Below are positions 33,976 through 45,092 of a stretch of 64,000 nt of DNA, one piece after another. The notes beneath the pieces were generated by a model. The model did not search any database. It was not told where the DNA came from and saw only the letters and a list, made by a program, of their open reading frames with translations. Position 1 is the stretch's first letter; each line of letters begins with the position of its first letter. Source of the stretch: an uncultured delta proteobacterium (GTDB lineage Bacteria > Desulfobacterota > Desulfobacteria > Desulfobacterales > Desulfatirhabdiaceae); NCBI GenBank assembly GCA_963789395.1, contig CAWBKP010000019.1:128001-192000 (forward strand). Reading direction: 5' to 3'. The translations under genes and the position numbers were made by a program.

Positions 33976-35094
33976 ATGATTCAAAAAAATGATCTGATTG
34001 AAAAAGCTTACGCATGCGGTTTTGGAGACATCGGGTTTACCACTGCCGAGCCGTTTGACTCTCAGAAGGCTTTGCTTCAGGAAAGACAACATGAGTATGC
34101 GTGGGTGTTTAAATTTGGTCTGGATCTGATTGCAGGCACGGACCCGAAACAGATTCTGCCAACTGCCAAAACAATCATTGTCTTGCTGGAAGTATATTTT
34201 AAGGAAGCGTTTCCCCCGTCCATGGAAAAATACTTTGGCCGGTGTTATCTGGATGATGACCGCATGGCAAAGGACCGTTTGGCCAAAAGGGTTAAAACTT
34301 TCCGCGCGTTTCTCAGAGACAATGGCATCGATTCAAAAATTCCGTTTAACCTGCCGCACAGGCTGGCGGCTGCCAGAGCCGGAATGGGTAATTTTGGAAA
34401 AAATTGCCTGTTTTATTCCAACAAGGCGGTCCGTAAAGGTTCCTGGGTATTGCCGATCGCTGTTGTAGTGGATCATGATTTTTCACCGGACCAGCCCACG
34501 CTTGCAGTGGGGTGTCCCGACTGGTGCAGGAATGCCTGCATCGTTTCCTGCCCTACGGGCGCGCTAAAAGGGCCGCGTAAAATCGATCCGACCCGATGTA
34601 TTTCATATCTGACGTATTTCGGGGAAGGCATCACCCCCATGGCGCTTCGGGAACCCATGGGCCTGTGGGTGTATGGATGCGATCATTGCCAGAATGTGTG
34701 TCCCCGGAATGCGCCGTGGCTGGCCAAGGAACTGCCGTTTAATCAGAAAGTGACTGCCATGGTGGATGATTTCCGGCTTAATAAGCTGCTGCAAATGGAC
34801 AGCACATACTTTAACAGTAAAATCCGGCCGCACATGTTCTACATGCCGGACACGGACATCTGGCGATGGAAGATGAATGTGGCAAGGGCCATGGGAAACA
34901 GCCGGGACCCGGAATATCTCCCGGAACTCGTGGAGGCGTTTCGTGGCAATGATGATAACAGGGTGTTGGGGATGGTTGCGTGGGCGATAGGCCGCATTGG
35001 TGGGTTAACCGCGAAAAAAACATTAATTGACATGCTTCCCGGATCTGATGGATTGGTTCGGAAAGAAATCGGATTGGCATTGGACAATATCTGA
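33976..35094 (+). CDS. queG: Epoxyqueuosine reductase family protein
   Basis: AARAGMGNFGKN, C...CRNACIVSCPTGAL, RCISYLT, YGCDHCQNVCP, C-terminal HEAT-like repeats. Confidence 0.85.
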   Translation: MIQKNDLIEKAYACGFGDIGFTTAEPFDSQKALLQERQHEYAWVFKFGLDLIAGTDPKQILPTAKTIIVLLEVYFKEAFPPSMEKYFGRCYLDDDRMAKDRLAKRVKTFRAFLRDNGIDSKIPFNLPHRLAAARAGMGNFGKNCLFYSNKAVRKGSWVLPIAVVVDHDFSPDQPTLAVGCPDWCRNACIVSCPTGALKGPRKIDPTRCISYLTYFGEGITPMALREPMGLWVYGCDHCQNVCPRNAPWLAKELPFNQKVTAMVDDFRLNKLLQMDSTYFNSKIRPHMFYMPDTDIWRWKMNVARAMGNSRDPEYLPELVEAFRGNDDNRVLGMVAWAIGRIGGLTAKKTLIDMLPGSDGLVRKEIGLALDNI

Positions 35095-35110
35095 TTCAGG
35101 AGAGAAATTT

Positions 35111-35881
35111 ATGGCTCAGTCAGTTTTTCTCATTCACGACGAAATTGAAAAGCCGTTTGCCCGGCAACTGGCAATTGATCTTTCACTGGCTGGGGCTACC
35201 GTGTGGCTCGACGAAGCGGAAACAGGACAGATACAGAATTCCCTGGGAAGCAACATCGACAGGAAAATCCAAAGCGAAATTTATCTGGCGGTAATCTTAA
35301 CGCCGAATTCCATCAGATCCGACTGGGTCCGGCATGAAATAGAGAACGCACTGAATCGTCGGGAAGCCGGATTCGTCATAAAGGTCCTGCCGCTGCTTTA
35401 TAAAGATTGCGCAATACCGCCATTTATGACGGATAATCTGTTTGCGGACTTTCGGGATCCGGCAAACTATACCGTCATGCTCCGCAAGGTCATCGACGGT
35501 CTGGGGCATGGCGGCAATGGCAACGGGCCTGTCGTGCCGGCCAGCCTTGCCGGAAGATGGCAAGGCTCGTGGAGCTGGTGCGGCAGACAGCGGGATGCGG
35601 ATATGTTTCTCTCCGCATCGCCGGCCATCCCGTCCAAAATGATCATCCGATATCTGAAATCGGGCATTTTAACCATTGTTGACCAGCAACTTGACGTGAG
35701 GATATCCGGAAACGCGGTAAAACTGATCGGGACCAGCTACCGGTTGATCGAGCGCGGTATTTCAGTGGGGTGGAATCTGGATACGTTCAATTTGACCATG
35801 GGTAAAACCGGAACAACCCTTGAAGGAATCAATACGGACAAAAGAGGCGCGCCGTTTCCTGTTCTGTTCAACCGTATTTGA
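35111..35881 (+). CDS. TIR-domain protein with C-terminal beta-rich domain
   Basis: VFLIH...KPFARQLA...VWLDE...VILTPNSIRSDWVRHE...VLPLL...ADFR TIR signature; start ATG 35111 after AGGAG. Confidence 0.88.
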   Translation: MAQSVFLIHDEIEKPFARQLAIDLSLAGATVWLDEAETGQIQNSLGSNIDRKIQSEIYLAVILTPNSIRSDWVRHEIENALNRREAGFVIKVLPLLYKDCAIPPFMTDNLFADFRDPANYTVMLRKVIDGLGHGGNGNGPVVPASLAGRWQGSWSWCGRQRDADMFLSASPAIPSKMIIRYLKSGILTIVDQQLDVRISGNAVKLIGTSYRLIERGISVGWNLDTFNLTMGKTGTTLEGINTDKRGAPFPVLFNRI

Positions 35882-36020
35882 ACGCATTGTCCGGAGGTTG
35901 TAACGCGCCAAAGGAGTGTTCAATGCCGCAGAATCAGTTCTATTGTCATGAAAGCACATTGGCGATGCATTTGGGAGGCGAACGGGAGGCATAGTGCGGC
36001 TGAAATGAACATTGGCGCCG

Positions 36021-36608
36021 TCAGATCTTGTAGATCGTTCTGTCATTGGTAATAATAATATCCACGTGCTTGTCGTGGGATTCCATCGGAACCTGGGAGA
36101 CGATCTGATCTTCGAATGCAATGGAAACCTTTCGGGTCGTTATCGGAAGTTTGGGAATAAACCGGTCATAATATCCTTCACCAGATCCGATTCTTCCGCC
36201 TTTTTCATCAAAAGCAATTCCTGGGATGATGGCAATATCCAGGCACTCAACCGGAACCAGCTTGCACCGGGCGGTATCCGGCTCCAGTATTCCCCGCGGC
36301 CCCGGTTTTAAATCTTTTTCGATATTATTGATTTTAAATAACCGGATTCGAAATTTCTGGGAATCGAAGGCCGGCAGAACGATAATTTTTCTATAATTTA
36401 AACAATATGTTATGATATTTTGAGAAGATACCTCACCGAGGCAGCTGATATAGAGCATGGTAATATTGGCTTCGACGAAATTGGCAAAATCATAGAGACG
36501 ATTTTCAATTTTTCGGGTCTTTAAAGCAATTTCTTCTTCCGAAAGAGATTGTAAAGTCGTGATCATGTCTTTACGGATTTTACTTTTGGTTTGCTTTAAA
36601 TCATCCAT
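36021..36608 (-). CDS. 5-formyltetrahydrofolate cyclo-ligase
   Basis: GILEP, IIPGIAFD, GRIGSGEGYYDRF, ESHDKHVD. Confidence 0.95.
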   Translation of the reverse strand: MDDLKQTKSKIRKDMITTLQSLSEEEIALKTRKIENRLYDFANFVEANITMLYISCLGEVSSQNIITYCLNYRKIIVLPAFDSQKFRIRLFKINNIEKDLKPGPRGILEPDTARCKLVPVECLDIAIIPGIAFDEKGGRIGSGEGYYDRFIPKLPITTRKVSIAFEDQIVSQVPMESHDKHVDIIITNDRTIYKI

Positions 36609-36749
36609 TGGGGGTTCTCCTGTGAAGAAGCGATAGCAATATCATTGACTAAATGGATTGCAGTTGTTACACAGATGAGCAAGGGATTCAATTAAAAAAT
36701 CCATGAGTAACCGGTGCAAAGTTATTAATTTTCTATAATAGGTATTGTT

Positions 36750-38024
36750 ATGCTGGAAATCAAGTTCGTACGGCAAAATTTGTCGATTGTTCAAAAAGCA
36801 TTAAGCGACCGAGGGAAAACCGCTGACCTGGAATCCCTTACCCAGAGTGATGCCATGCGAAAAACAGTACTTCTGGAGCTTGAAGACTTAAGATGTCAGA
36901 GAAATTCGGTTTCAGAGCAGATTGCCGCCATGAAAAAAAACGGAGAAAACGCGGAACCCCGGGTCATCGAGATGCGCGATGTATCGTTACGCATTAAAAG
37001 CCTGGAAAAAAAACTGGCGGATTCCGAAGAAAAACTTCAGGAAATTATCCTGGGAATTCCCAATATTCCCCATGTCTCTGTGCCGGTTGGAAAAGACAGC
37101 GCGGATAATCCGCTATATAAAACCTGTGGCGTCCCCCGAACATTTGATTTTGAGCCCATGCCGCACTGGACAATCGGCGAGCTGCTTCGCATATTTGATT
37201 TTGAACGGGCAACGCGAATTACCGGCGCGCGGTTCCCGCTGTATTTCGGGGCCGGGGCCAGGCTGGAAAGAGCGTTGATCAATTTCATGCTGGATGTGCA
37301 CACATTGCGTCATGGATATGTGGAAGTGCTGCCCCCGTTTATGGTAAACCGAGACAGCATGACCCATACGGGCCAGCTGCCCAAATTTGAGACAGAGCTG
37401 TTCAAGCTGGAGGGATGGGATTATTTTTTAATTCCAACAGCCGAGGTGCCGGTAACCAATATTCATGCGGATGAAATTCTGGATGAATCCCAGTTGCCCA
37501 TTTGTTATACGGCCCACACCCCCTGTTTTCGATCCGAAGCCGGCTCTTATGGAAAAGACACGCGGGGGCTGATTCGCCAGCACCAGTTCAACAAAGTTGA
37601 ACTGGTCAAGTTTACCACGCCTGAATCCTCTTATGATGCGCTGGAAACCCTGCTTGGGGATGCCGAGTCCATTTTGAAACAGCTTGAGTTGCCCTATCAG
37701 GTGATTACCCTGTGTACCGGGGACATGGGATTCTCCGCTGCTAAAACCTATGACATCGAAGTCTGGATGCCGGCGCAGGGAGTGTATCGCGAAATATCCT
37801 CTTGCAGCAATTTTGAAGATTTTCAGGCCAGGCGGGCCAATATCCGCTTTAAACGAAAAGGACGGAAGGGAACCGAGCTGGTGCATACCCTAAATGGTTC
37901 GGGACTTGCCGTGGGTCGCACTGTTGCGGCTATCCTTGAAAACTGTCAGCAGGCCGACGGTTCGGTGGTCATACCCGAAGCCTTGCGACCATACATGGGA
38001 GGGGCAGCGTCCATAACACCATGA
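36750..38024 (+). CDS. serS: Seryl-tRNA synthetase
   Basis: [43 protein letters not shown]. Confidence 0.98.
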   Translation: MLEIKFVRQNLSIVQKALSDRGKTADLESLTQSDAMRKTVLLELEDLRCQRNSVSEQIAAMKKNGENAEPRVIEMRDVSLRIKSLEKKLADSEEKLQEIILGIPNIPHVSVPVGKDSADNPLYKTCGVPRTFDFEPMPHWTIGELLRIFDFERATRITGARFPLYFGAGARLERALINFMLDVHTLRHGYVEVLPPFMVNRDSMTHTGQLPKFETELFKLEGWDYFLIPTAEVPVTNIHADEILDESQLPICYTAHTPCFRSEAGSYGKDTRGLIRQHQFNKVELVKFTTPESSYDALETLLGDAESILKQLELPYQVITLCTGDMGFSAAKTYDIEVWMPAQGVYREISSCSNFEDFQARRANIRFKRKGRKGTELVHTLNGSGLAVGRTVAAILENCQQADGSVVIPEALRPYMGGAASITP

Positions 38025-39523
38025 TCCTCAGCGATTTTCCAGCAGACATTCAGCCATTTATGCTGCCTGAAACACGAAATGACCTGATCTACCGGTGCCT
38101 GGGATGCGGCCGGGAACACGGGATTGCAACCCTGCTATACACCTGTCCCGACTGTGGCCAGGTGTTATTGCTGTATGATCGTCATTTTGATAAGTTAAAA
38201 AAAATTCCAGGCAAGACCTGGCAACGGATTTTTGATTATCGGAAACTGCTGACCATTCCGGCCCTGAAGGGAATCTACCGGTATCACGAATTTATCGGGC
38301 CGGTCCTGCCGCTCGAGTCCATCGTATATCTGGGAGAAGGCCATACCCCGATAATCGAAGCCAATGCCGCGATGCAGGAAAAGGCAGGCGGAAAATTCTA
38401 TTTTAAAAATGACGGACAAAACCCCAGCGCTTCCTTCAAAGACAGGGGAATGGCCAGCGCCCTCAGCTACATCCATTTTTTAATCCAGCAGGGGCTCGTT
38501 GGCGATGTTCTTGCCGTGTGCGCCTCAACCGGTGATACGTCGGCATCTGCCGCCCTGTATGCATCCTATCTTCAGCCGCACATCAAGTCCGCGGTGCTGC
38601 TGCCTCATAAGAAAGTCACGCCGCAGCAGCTTGCGCAGCCCCTTGGCAGCGGCGCACGGGTGTTTGAAATTCCGGGAGTCTTTGATGATTGTATGAAGGT
38701 GGTCGAGGCCCTGTCCGAAAAATACGCAGTGGCGCTGCTCAATTCCAAAAACGCCTGGCGGATTCTGGGTCAGGAATCGTATTCCTATGAAATCGCACAG
38801 GATTTTGAATATGATCTGGCCGGTAAAGTCGTGGTTGTGCCAATTGGTAATGCCGGCAATATTACGGCTGTCATGAGCGGATTTTTAAAATTTTACCAAA
38901 CCGGCATTATCGCCTCTCTGCCTAAGATTGTGGGGGTGCAATCGGTTCATGCCAATCCGGTTTACCGCTATTACCAGGAGCCCGACCCCGAACGGCGGCA
39001 GTTTCTTCCGGTCACCGTAAAACCGAGCGTGGCACAGGCTGCCATGATCGGCAACCCGGTTTCCATGCCCCGGGTCATCCATCTTGTGAATCAATACAAC
39101 CAGGCTGCCGGCAGACCGCTGGTGTTTTTTGTAGAAGTTGCCGAGCAGGCCATTATGGACTGGCAGCTTCAAGCCAACCGCAGCGGTCATGTTGCCTGTA
39201 CACATGGCGGTGAATCCCTGGCCGGCCTGGTTACTGCCAGGCAGCTCGGGTATGTCCAAAGAGATGAAGTCGCTATTCTGGATTCAACGGCCCATGCCAT
39301 CAAATTTTCGGGTTTTCAGGAAATGTATTTTGAAAATCGGTTTCCGAATGAGTTTGAAGTCTGTCCGGACTCAGCACTTGTCAATCTTCCGGAGTTGATC
39401 CACCCGGAGCATTTGAAGAAGGTTCCAGCTCCTGGAAAACCCCTTTCTGGCGAAGATTTTGACCGTTTTGTCAAGGCCGTATCACAGGAAATCGCGGATA
39501 AACTGAAGCTCAAAAAGGTTTGA
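38021..39523 (+). CDS. thrC: Threonine synthase
   Basis: N-terminal CxxC pairs, [32 protein letters not shown]. Confidence 0.93.
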   Translation: MILSDFPADIQPFMLPETRNDLIYRCLGCGREHGIATLLYTCPDCGQVLLLYDRHFDKLKKIPGKTWQRIFDYRKLLTIPALKGIYRYHEFIGPVLPLESIVYLGEGHTPIIEANAAMQEKAGGKFYFKNDGQNPSASFKDRGMASALSYIHFLIQQGLVGDVLAVCASTGDTSASAALYASYLQPHIKSAVLLPHKKVTPQQLAQPLGSGARVFEIPGVFDDCMKVVEALSEKYAVALLNSKNAWRILGQESYSYEIAQDFEYDLAGKVVVVPIGNAGNITAVMSGFLKFYQTGIIASLPKIVGVQSVHANPVYRYYQEPDPERRQFLPVTVKPSVAQAAMIGNPVSMPRVIHLVNQYNQAAGRPLVFFVEVAEQAIMDWQLQANRSGHVACTHGGESLAGLVTARQLGYVQRDEVAILDSTAHAIKFSGFQEMYFENRFPNEFEVCPDSALVNLPELIHPEHLKKVPAPGKPLSGEDFDRFVKAVSQEIADKLKLKKV

Positions 39524-41101
39524 CGACCATGCCCCCAGTAGACTTCTGCAAAAAGGCTGCCTGTCTCTTCTGCTGCTGGTGCGCTTTTCTGCCGTTTTCT
39601 GGCTTTGCAGGGGTCATGTTTCAAAAATACTATGTGGTTAAACAGGATATGGGGAATCATATCTGGTGCGAACCCTATGTTGTGCAGAAAAATGATTCTC
39701 TTCCCCGGATCTTTCAGGAAAAAGGCGGTATCATTGACGAAAATCCGGAGGAATTTTTAAAGATATTTAAACGCCTCAATCCTCAGGTCATCGATCTTGA
39801 AAATATGCGACCGGGCCAGCAGATATATATTCCGCTGAAAAAAATGGATCCGGAAGCCGGAACGCTCAAACAGCTTTGCCACCCCTCAGACGGTGACCAC
39901 AGCCGTAAAGAAATCGCAGCCGACTTCCGAAGCGGACCGCTCGGGTCGCATTTTCACCCTTCCAATGGTGACCATATCGGCAGAGAAAACGCAGCCAGCT
40001 TTCGAACCGGAACCGCCGTCCGGCAATAACGTTTTTACAGAGTATAAAATCAAGCCCGGAGACACCCTGACTCAGATTTTTCATCGCTACTTCGGCTTCA
40101 TGAATGCTGAGTTGTTCAGCGAAAAACTGCGGTTGTTTCAGAAAATCAATCCGGATATCTCAGATATCAATCGCATTTATCCGGGCCAGAGCATCCGCAT
40201 GCCGACAGTTGAGTCCGCTGAGGATTCCAGTGCTTTCATGGAGAACCGTGCCGGGACCCTTGAGAGAGTTGCGGTTCTTCTAAACGCCCAGTTGACGCAA
40301 AAGGGAGTCTCTTTTTTCCCCATGCCGGGAAAAGCCGATTTCAGGCTGGATCTGGCACAGTGTCCGATAATGGAATTTTCAGGCGGACTGCGGGTTCTGT
40401 TCAATCCCGGCCAGGCACTGATGAAAGATGAGCAACTCATCATTCGCTATTACTGGCCGGAAGTCAAATTCGTTGATATTTCCTACAATGCTTCTTTCGA
40501 TGAAGTTCTGGAACAGGTTCTGAATGCAGCGCCTTACCTGCGCGAGCTTCTTAGCGGAAACAGCCGGGCAGTTGCTGAACCGCTTCAATTGCCGTTGCCT
40601 TCATCCGCGATGCTGCCGACCGGCGGGCATCTTTCGGTTCGTGGCAAGCAGCAGCTTGTTGAAACACTGATGCGGATCCTGGGCATTTCATATACCCAGA
40701 ACGTGGAAATCAGTTTTCCCTATGCAGATGTACAGATTACATCGCGTGCCAACTGGATTGAATCCGGCAAGGGAAAACCGGTACTGCTTGATTTTGGGGC
40801 ATTTTACGGGGATGCTGTTCAGGCTCTGGAAAAATCCGGCTTTGTCGTTATCCAGTTTCCGGGTAACGACAGCATCCACCAGGGAATTCCCCGGCTGCTG
40901 AATGCCATTGGCATCTCTTTTACAAGGGATCCCGAAATCCAGTCACCGGGCCAGCCCCCGAGGGAGGTGCCTGGAATTCGGATTCAAAGAGATGCGTTGC
41001 CTTCTCTGATACTGACCGATGCTGTCCTGGATCCGCAGATGATCCAGGCAATTCAGGAAAAGGGAATTATTTTAATTACTGAAATGGAAAAGACCGGGTG
41101 A
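39520..41101 (+). CDS. Exported LysM-domain protein, frameshift near 39860
   Basis: Two LysM-like units (YVVQKNDSL...LNP...PGQQIYIP; YKIKPGDTL...INP...IYPGQSIRMP) split over two frames. Confidence 0.8.
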
Positions 41102-41104
41102 GAA

Positions 41105-41890
41105 ATGACTTGTCGGCATGATGGACGATGGATTGCAGCAATAGTGGTGTTAGGCTTTCTTGTGGGCTGTGTACCGAATGAAACCATCAGAAAACAGGGG
41201 GAATCCTCCCGAAATCTGGGCGAGGCCTATATGGCTCAGGGAAATTACACGGCTGCCTTGAAAGAACTTATGGCCGCAGAACAGATGATACCCGATGATC
41301 CCTATCTGCAAAACGATTTGGGACTGATATACATGTTTAAGGATCGGAACGATTTGGCGATTGAGCATTTCAAGAAAGCCCTTGCCCTAAAACCCGATTA
41401 TGCGTCTGCCATGAACAATCTGGGTACGGTTTATCTGGCCCAGGATAACTGCGACCCTGCGATCGCGTGTTTTAAATCGATAACCGGAGATCTGCTGTAT
41501 GGCACACCGCATTTTCCGCTTTCCAATCTGGGGCTGGCTTACTATAAGCAGAAAAAATATGACCTGTCGGTAAAATATTATCAGGAAGCCCTGAAAGCCG
41601 CACCGCGTTTTCCGCCGGCGATCCGGGGGCTTGCGGCAACCTATCAGGCTCAGGGAAAACTGGTTGAATCCATAGCGCTTCTGGAAGAGGGCGTCAAGCT
41701 CTTGCCAAAATCTCCCGAGCTTTATTTTGATTTAGGCGCTGCTTACACTACGAAAAAAAATTATTCTGCTGCCGCAGCAGCGTATGCCAAGGTGATCGAA
41801 CTGTCTCAGTCGTCTTCTTCTCTGACCAAGGAAGCCCAGAAATCTCTCGATGCCTTAAAGGCGAATGACCGCTCGATTGCTCCCCAATAA
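41105..41890 (+). CDS. TPR lipoprotein (PilF/PilW pilotin-like)
   Basis: Lipobox LVGC; tandem TPRs (NLGEAY, NDLGLIY, NNLGTVY, SNLGLAY). Confidence 0.85.
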   Translation: MTCRHDGRWIAAIVVLGFLVGCVPNETIRKQGESSRNLGEAYMAQGNYTAALKELMAAEQMIPDDPYLQNDLGLIYMFKDRNDLAIEHFKKALALKPDYASAMNNLGTVYLAQDNCDPAIACFKSITGDLLYGTPHFPLSNLGLAYYKQKKYDLSVKYYQEALKAAPRFPPAIRGLAATYQAQGKLVESIALLEEGVKLLPKSPELYFDLGAAYTTKKNYSAAAAAYAKVIELSQSSSSLTKEAQKSLDALKANDRSIAPQ

Positions 41891-41993
41891 GGCGTTTCAC
41901 ATGTTGCATCTGCCGGATTTATCACGCGTATCGCCTTGACGCCGTTCCGGTTGCTTTCATATCACCGACAACGCTATATTTCAGGAAAATCGA

Positions 41994-43178
41994 ATGGATA
42001 TTTTTCAATGCTCGGGTTTTCAGGCAGCCGGAGTTGCTGCCGGACTTAAAAAAAACGGCCGGAATGATTTGGGACTCATTGTTTCTCAGGTGCCGGCAAC
42101 TGCAGCAGGGGTCTTTACACAAAATCGGGTTCAGGCTGCTCCGGTAGTTCTGGATCGGGAGCGAATCAAGACCGGTACCTGTCAGGCTGTTCTGGTCAAC
42201 AGCGGGAATGCCAATTGCTGTACCGGAGAGCAGGGGATGCGGGATGCCAGGGAAATGGCCAGGCTTGCTGCATCTGCTCTGAATATCCCCGAGACATCGG
42301 TTCTGGTTGCCTCCACAGGCGTGATCGGGCAGCCCCTTCCCGTGGATAAAATACAAAAAGCGATGCCTTCTCTGGTTCAATCCTTGAGATCGGATGGTTT
42401 CATGCTGCTTGCCGAAGCCATTATGACGACAGATACGGTTCCCAAGGTCGTCAGCCGCAACGGAATGATCGGTGGCAAGGCTGTCACCGTCACCGGGGCA
42501 GCCAAAGGCGCAGGCATGATCGCCCCGAACATGGCGACCATGCTCTGTTTCGTTTGCACGGATGCCGGTGCAACGGCCGATCAGCTCCAAGATTGCCTGT
42601 ATGCATCGGTTCAGCAGTCATTTAACCGGATTACCATTGATGGGGATACCAGCACCAATGACACGGCCCTGATTCTGGCCAATGGCCTTTCCGGGGCCGT
42701 CATTCAGAACCCGGCGGATCTGGCTGTGTTCCAGAATATTTTGAACGACGTTCTGGTGACCCTTGCCAAGATGCTGGTCAAGGACGGGGAAGGGGCCACC
42801 AAACTGGTGGAGATCCTTGTCCGGGGGGCGGCCACAGATAAGGATGCGCGAAAAATAGCGGATACGGTTGCCGGATCCAGCCTGGTCAAGACCGCCATTT
42901 TCGGAGAAGACGCCAACTGGGGAAGAATCCTTGCGGCAGCTGGAAGGGCCGGCGTTGCATTCGATCCGGAGCGATTTGACATTTTCTTCAACGACGTGCT
43001 GATGTTTTCTCAGGGCAGCGGACGGGGTTCGGCGGTTGAAGATGAGGTGACGAAGGTCCTCAAGCTGTCGGAATTTGTCATCACCATCGATCTTCACAGC
43101 GGAGATAGTGAGACGTCCGTCTGGACCTGCGATTTTTCCGTCGAATACGTGCGAATTAATGCCGATTATCGGTCGTAA
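41994..43178 (+). CDS. argJ: Ornithine acetyltransferase ArgJ
   Basis: NSGNAN, MTTDT, KGAGMIAPNMATML, DGDTSTND, DGEGATK, INADYRS. Confidence 0.98.
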   Translation: MDIFQCSGFQAAGVAAGLKKNGRNDLGLIVSQVPATAAGVFTQNRVQAAPVVLDRERIKTGTCQAVLVNSGNANCCTGEQGMRDAREMARLAASALNIPETSVLVASTGVIGQPLPVDKIQKAMPSLVQSLRSDGFMLLAEAIMTTDTVPKVVSRNGMIGGKAVTVTGAAKGAGMIAPNMATMLCFVCTDAGATADQLQDCLYASVQQSFNRITIDGDTSTNDTALILANGLSGAVIQNPADLAVFQNILNDVLVTLAKMLVKDGEGATKLVEILVRGAATDKDARKIADTVAGSSLVKTAIFGEDANWGRILAAAGRAGVAFDPERFDIFFNDVLMFSQGSGRGSAVEDEVTKVLKLSEFVITIDLHSGDSETSVWTCDFSVEYVRINADYRS

Positions 43179-43888
43179 TGTCTGCTGACACGAAAGTCCG
43201 GCTGCAAAAATATCTCTCCATTGCCGGAATCTGTTCCAGGCGTCACGGAGAGGAACTCATCCTAGCCGGAAAAATCTGTGTCAATGGCAAGGCCGTTACA
43301 GAACTGGGCACACGGGTTGATCCCGGGGTCGACACGGTTGAAATTGACGGGAAACCTGTCCTGGATCGGCAGCGCCCGGTCTATATCGCGCTTAACAAGC
43401 CCCGTGGCTATGTCACGAGCTGCGAGCAGCCCGGTGAAAAACTGGTTACGGACCTGGTGAAGGTTCCGGAACGGATTTATCCGATCGGGCGCTTGGACAA
43501 GGATTCCACGGGACTGCTGCTGCTGACCAATGACGGGCCCCTTCATCACCGGCTTTCCCACCCATCGTTTGATCATGAAAAAGAATATCTGGTTACGCTG
43601 GCAGGTCCGATATCGGATGCGGCGCTTCAGAAAATGGCGGAAGGGTTGCTCCTGTCTGGAAAGCGTACCCGTGCAGCCCAAGTTCATCGCATGTCTCTCC
43701 GGCGGTTCCGTATCATTTTAAAGGAAGGGAAAAACCGGCAGATCCGGCGCATGGTCCGGAAAGTCGGACAGGATGTCCTGCAGCTTCATCGTATCCGCAT
43801 TGCCGGCATCCGCTTGGGCGATCTTGATTCCGGCAAATGGCGTTTTCTTGATGCGGATGAAATCGAGGCATTGAAGGCGGGCTGGTAA
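43178..43888 (+). CDS. rRNA pseudouridine synthase (RsuA/RluB family)
   Basis: S4 domain RLQKYL, GRLDKDSTGLLLLTND, EGKNRQIRRM. Confidence 0.95.
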   Translation: MSADTKVRLQKYLSIAGICSRRHGEELILAGKICVNGKAVTELGTRVDPGVDTVEIDGKPVLDRQRPVYIALNKPRGYVTSCEQPGEKLVTDLVKVPERIYPIGRLDKDSTGLLLLTNDGPLHHRLSHPSFDHEKEYLVTLAGPISDAALQKMAEGLLLSGKRTRAAQVHRMSLRRFRIILKEGKNRQIRRMVRKVGQDVLQLHRIRIAGIRLGDLDSGKWRFLDADEIEALKAGW

Positions 43889-43923
43889 ATTTTACCTGAA
43901 CGCAAAATTCGTTCAGGTAAAAT
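43889..43923. repeat. Perfect 14-bp inverted repeat (bidirectional terminator / REP-like)
   Basis: ATTTTACCTGAACG-caaaatt-CGTTCAGGTAAAAT between convergent genes. Confidence 0.75.
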
Positions 43924-44005
43924 CCGAATGTCACACTCTGAAACAGATTCTAAATACACATGTTAAAATAGATAGCTTTATCAGTCTGAAAACACACCAT
44001 ATTGA

Positions 44006-45002
44006 TCATGTTATACATATCGGGGAGACACACACCACCAGGGTGTGGCGGATTTGGCCAGAGTCCGGCGTCCGGGCGGAAGTGTCCGCCGCCATTTTTT
44101 GAAGCAGGGCCTCCGGCGACTGGTTTGCGAGGATGAATCCTTTGACCGAGGCTGCATTTTCCCAGGCATAATCCGAGGACGGGGGTTCAAATGGTTTAAT
44201 GGGAGACGGCCACGGAATTGCCTGGAGCCGGGACAGATATGACATGATGCTTTCCTGCCAGAAACGGGTGCTGTCATCAAAGGTTTTGTGAACGGGAATA
44301 CAGTTTATTTCAAGAATTGGAGCCATGTCGATCTCTCCTTGAATCCACTCGAGAACAGAAAGACGGGAGGTGACCCAAATGTCTGCCGCCGATCGTTGCA
44401 GCCTATCCTGAAGAACCAGTCTGGACCAGGCCTGGAGTCTTTCTGCAAGCATAAAATCGCCGGGATCATCCTGAATGAGTGAAAGATTGCCCAGTGGAGC
44501 CGCCTCTTCCATTTCCGTATGATCTCCCAGAGCCGCCATGAACCGTTTTTCCAGGTTCTGTATTTTGGTAAAATCGCAATTGAGTTCAGCTTGCTGGGCA
44601 TCATAAGCTGCGGCAATTTCCAGAAAAAGTCTGGCGTTAAAAGCCGGATCATGCACGGGCTCCAGATGAAGCATCCTGATAATGCAGAATATCGGATCGG
44701 ATCCGGGACGACAGATTTTCCATAAAGGGCGATGCGGGTTGTCGGGCTTTAAAAAACGTCAGATCGTTTCCCTGATGCAATCTGGCCCAGTTCTGGTATT
44801 CGGTGACCAATGTTTCAAGTTTGTCGCTGTCTTTTGTAACCGGCACCCGGATTTCAAGCGCACCGGCGTGTTCATACGGTTGCAGCAATGAAGGGACGTT
44901 GCAAACCGAGGACTGATACATGGCAATTTTGGGAAAAACGGCTGTAATGGCCTGAATTGTCGGCACGTCGGCCCATGTAAACGGAAAATATATCGGCGTC
45001 AT
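44006..45002 (-). CDS. Hypothetical protein, probably one gene split by a frameshift near 44680
   Basis: Overlapping same-strand ORFs 44649-45002 (MTPIYFPFT) and 44006-44674. Confidence 0.6.
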
Positions 45003-45092
45003 GAATGAAACTTCCTTTTAGACAGGTGATAAACTCCCATGTGTTTCCAGATCTACGAAGCGGGATGATGATAATTTTGCTATCGTGACCTG

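Noticed and set aside
36609..36749. 6S RNA upstream of the 5-FTHF cyclo-ligase gene
   Set aside because: Only about 140 bp, shared with the divergent serS promoter; no long hairpin visible
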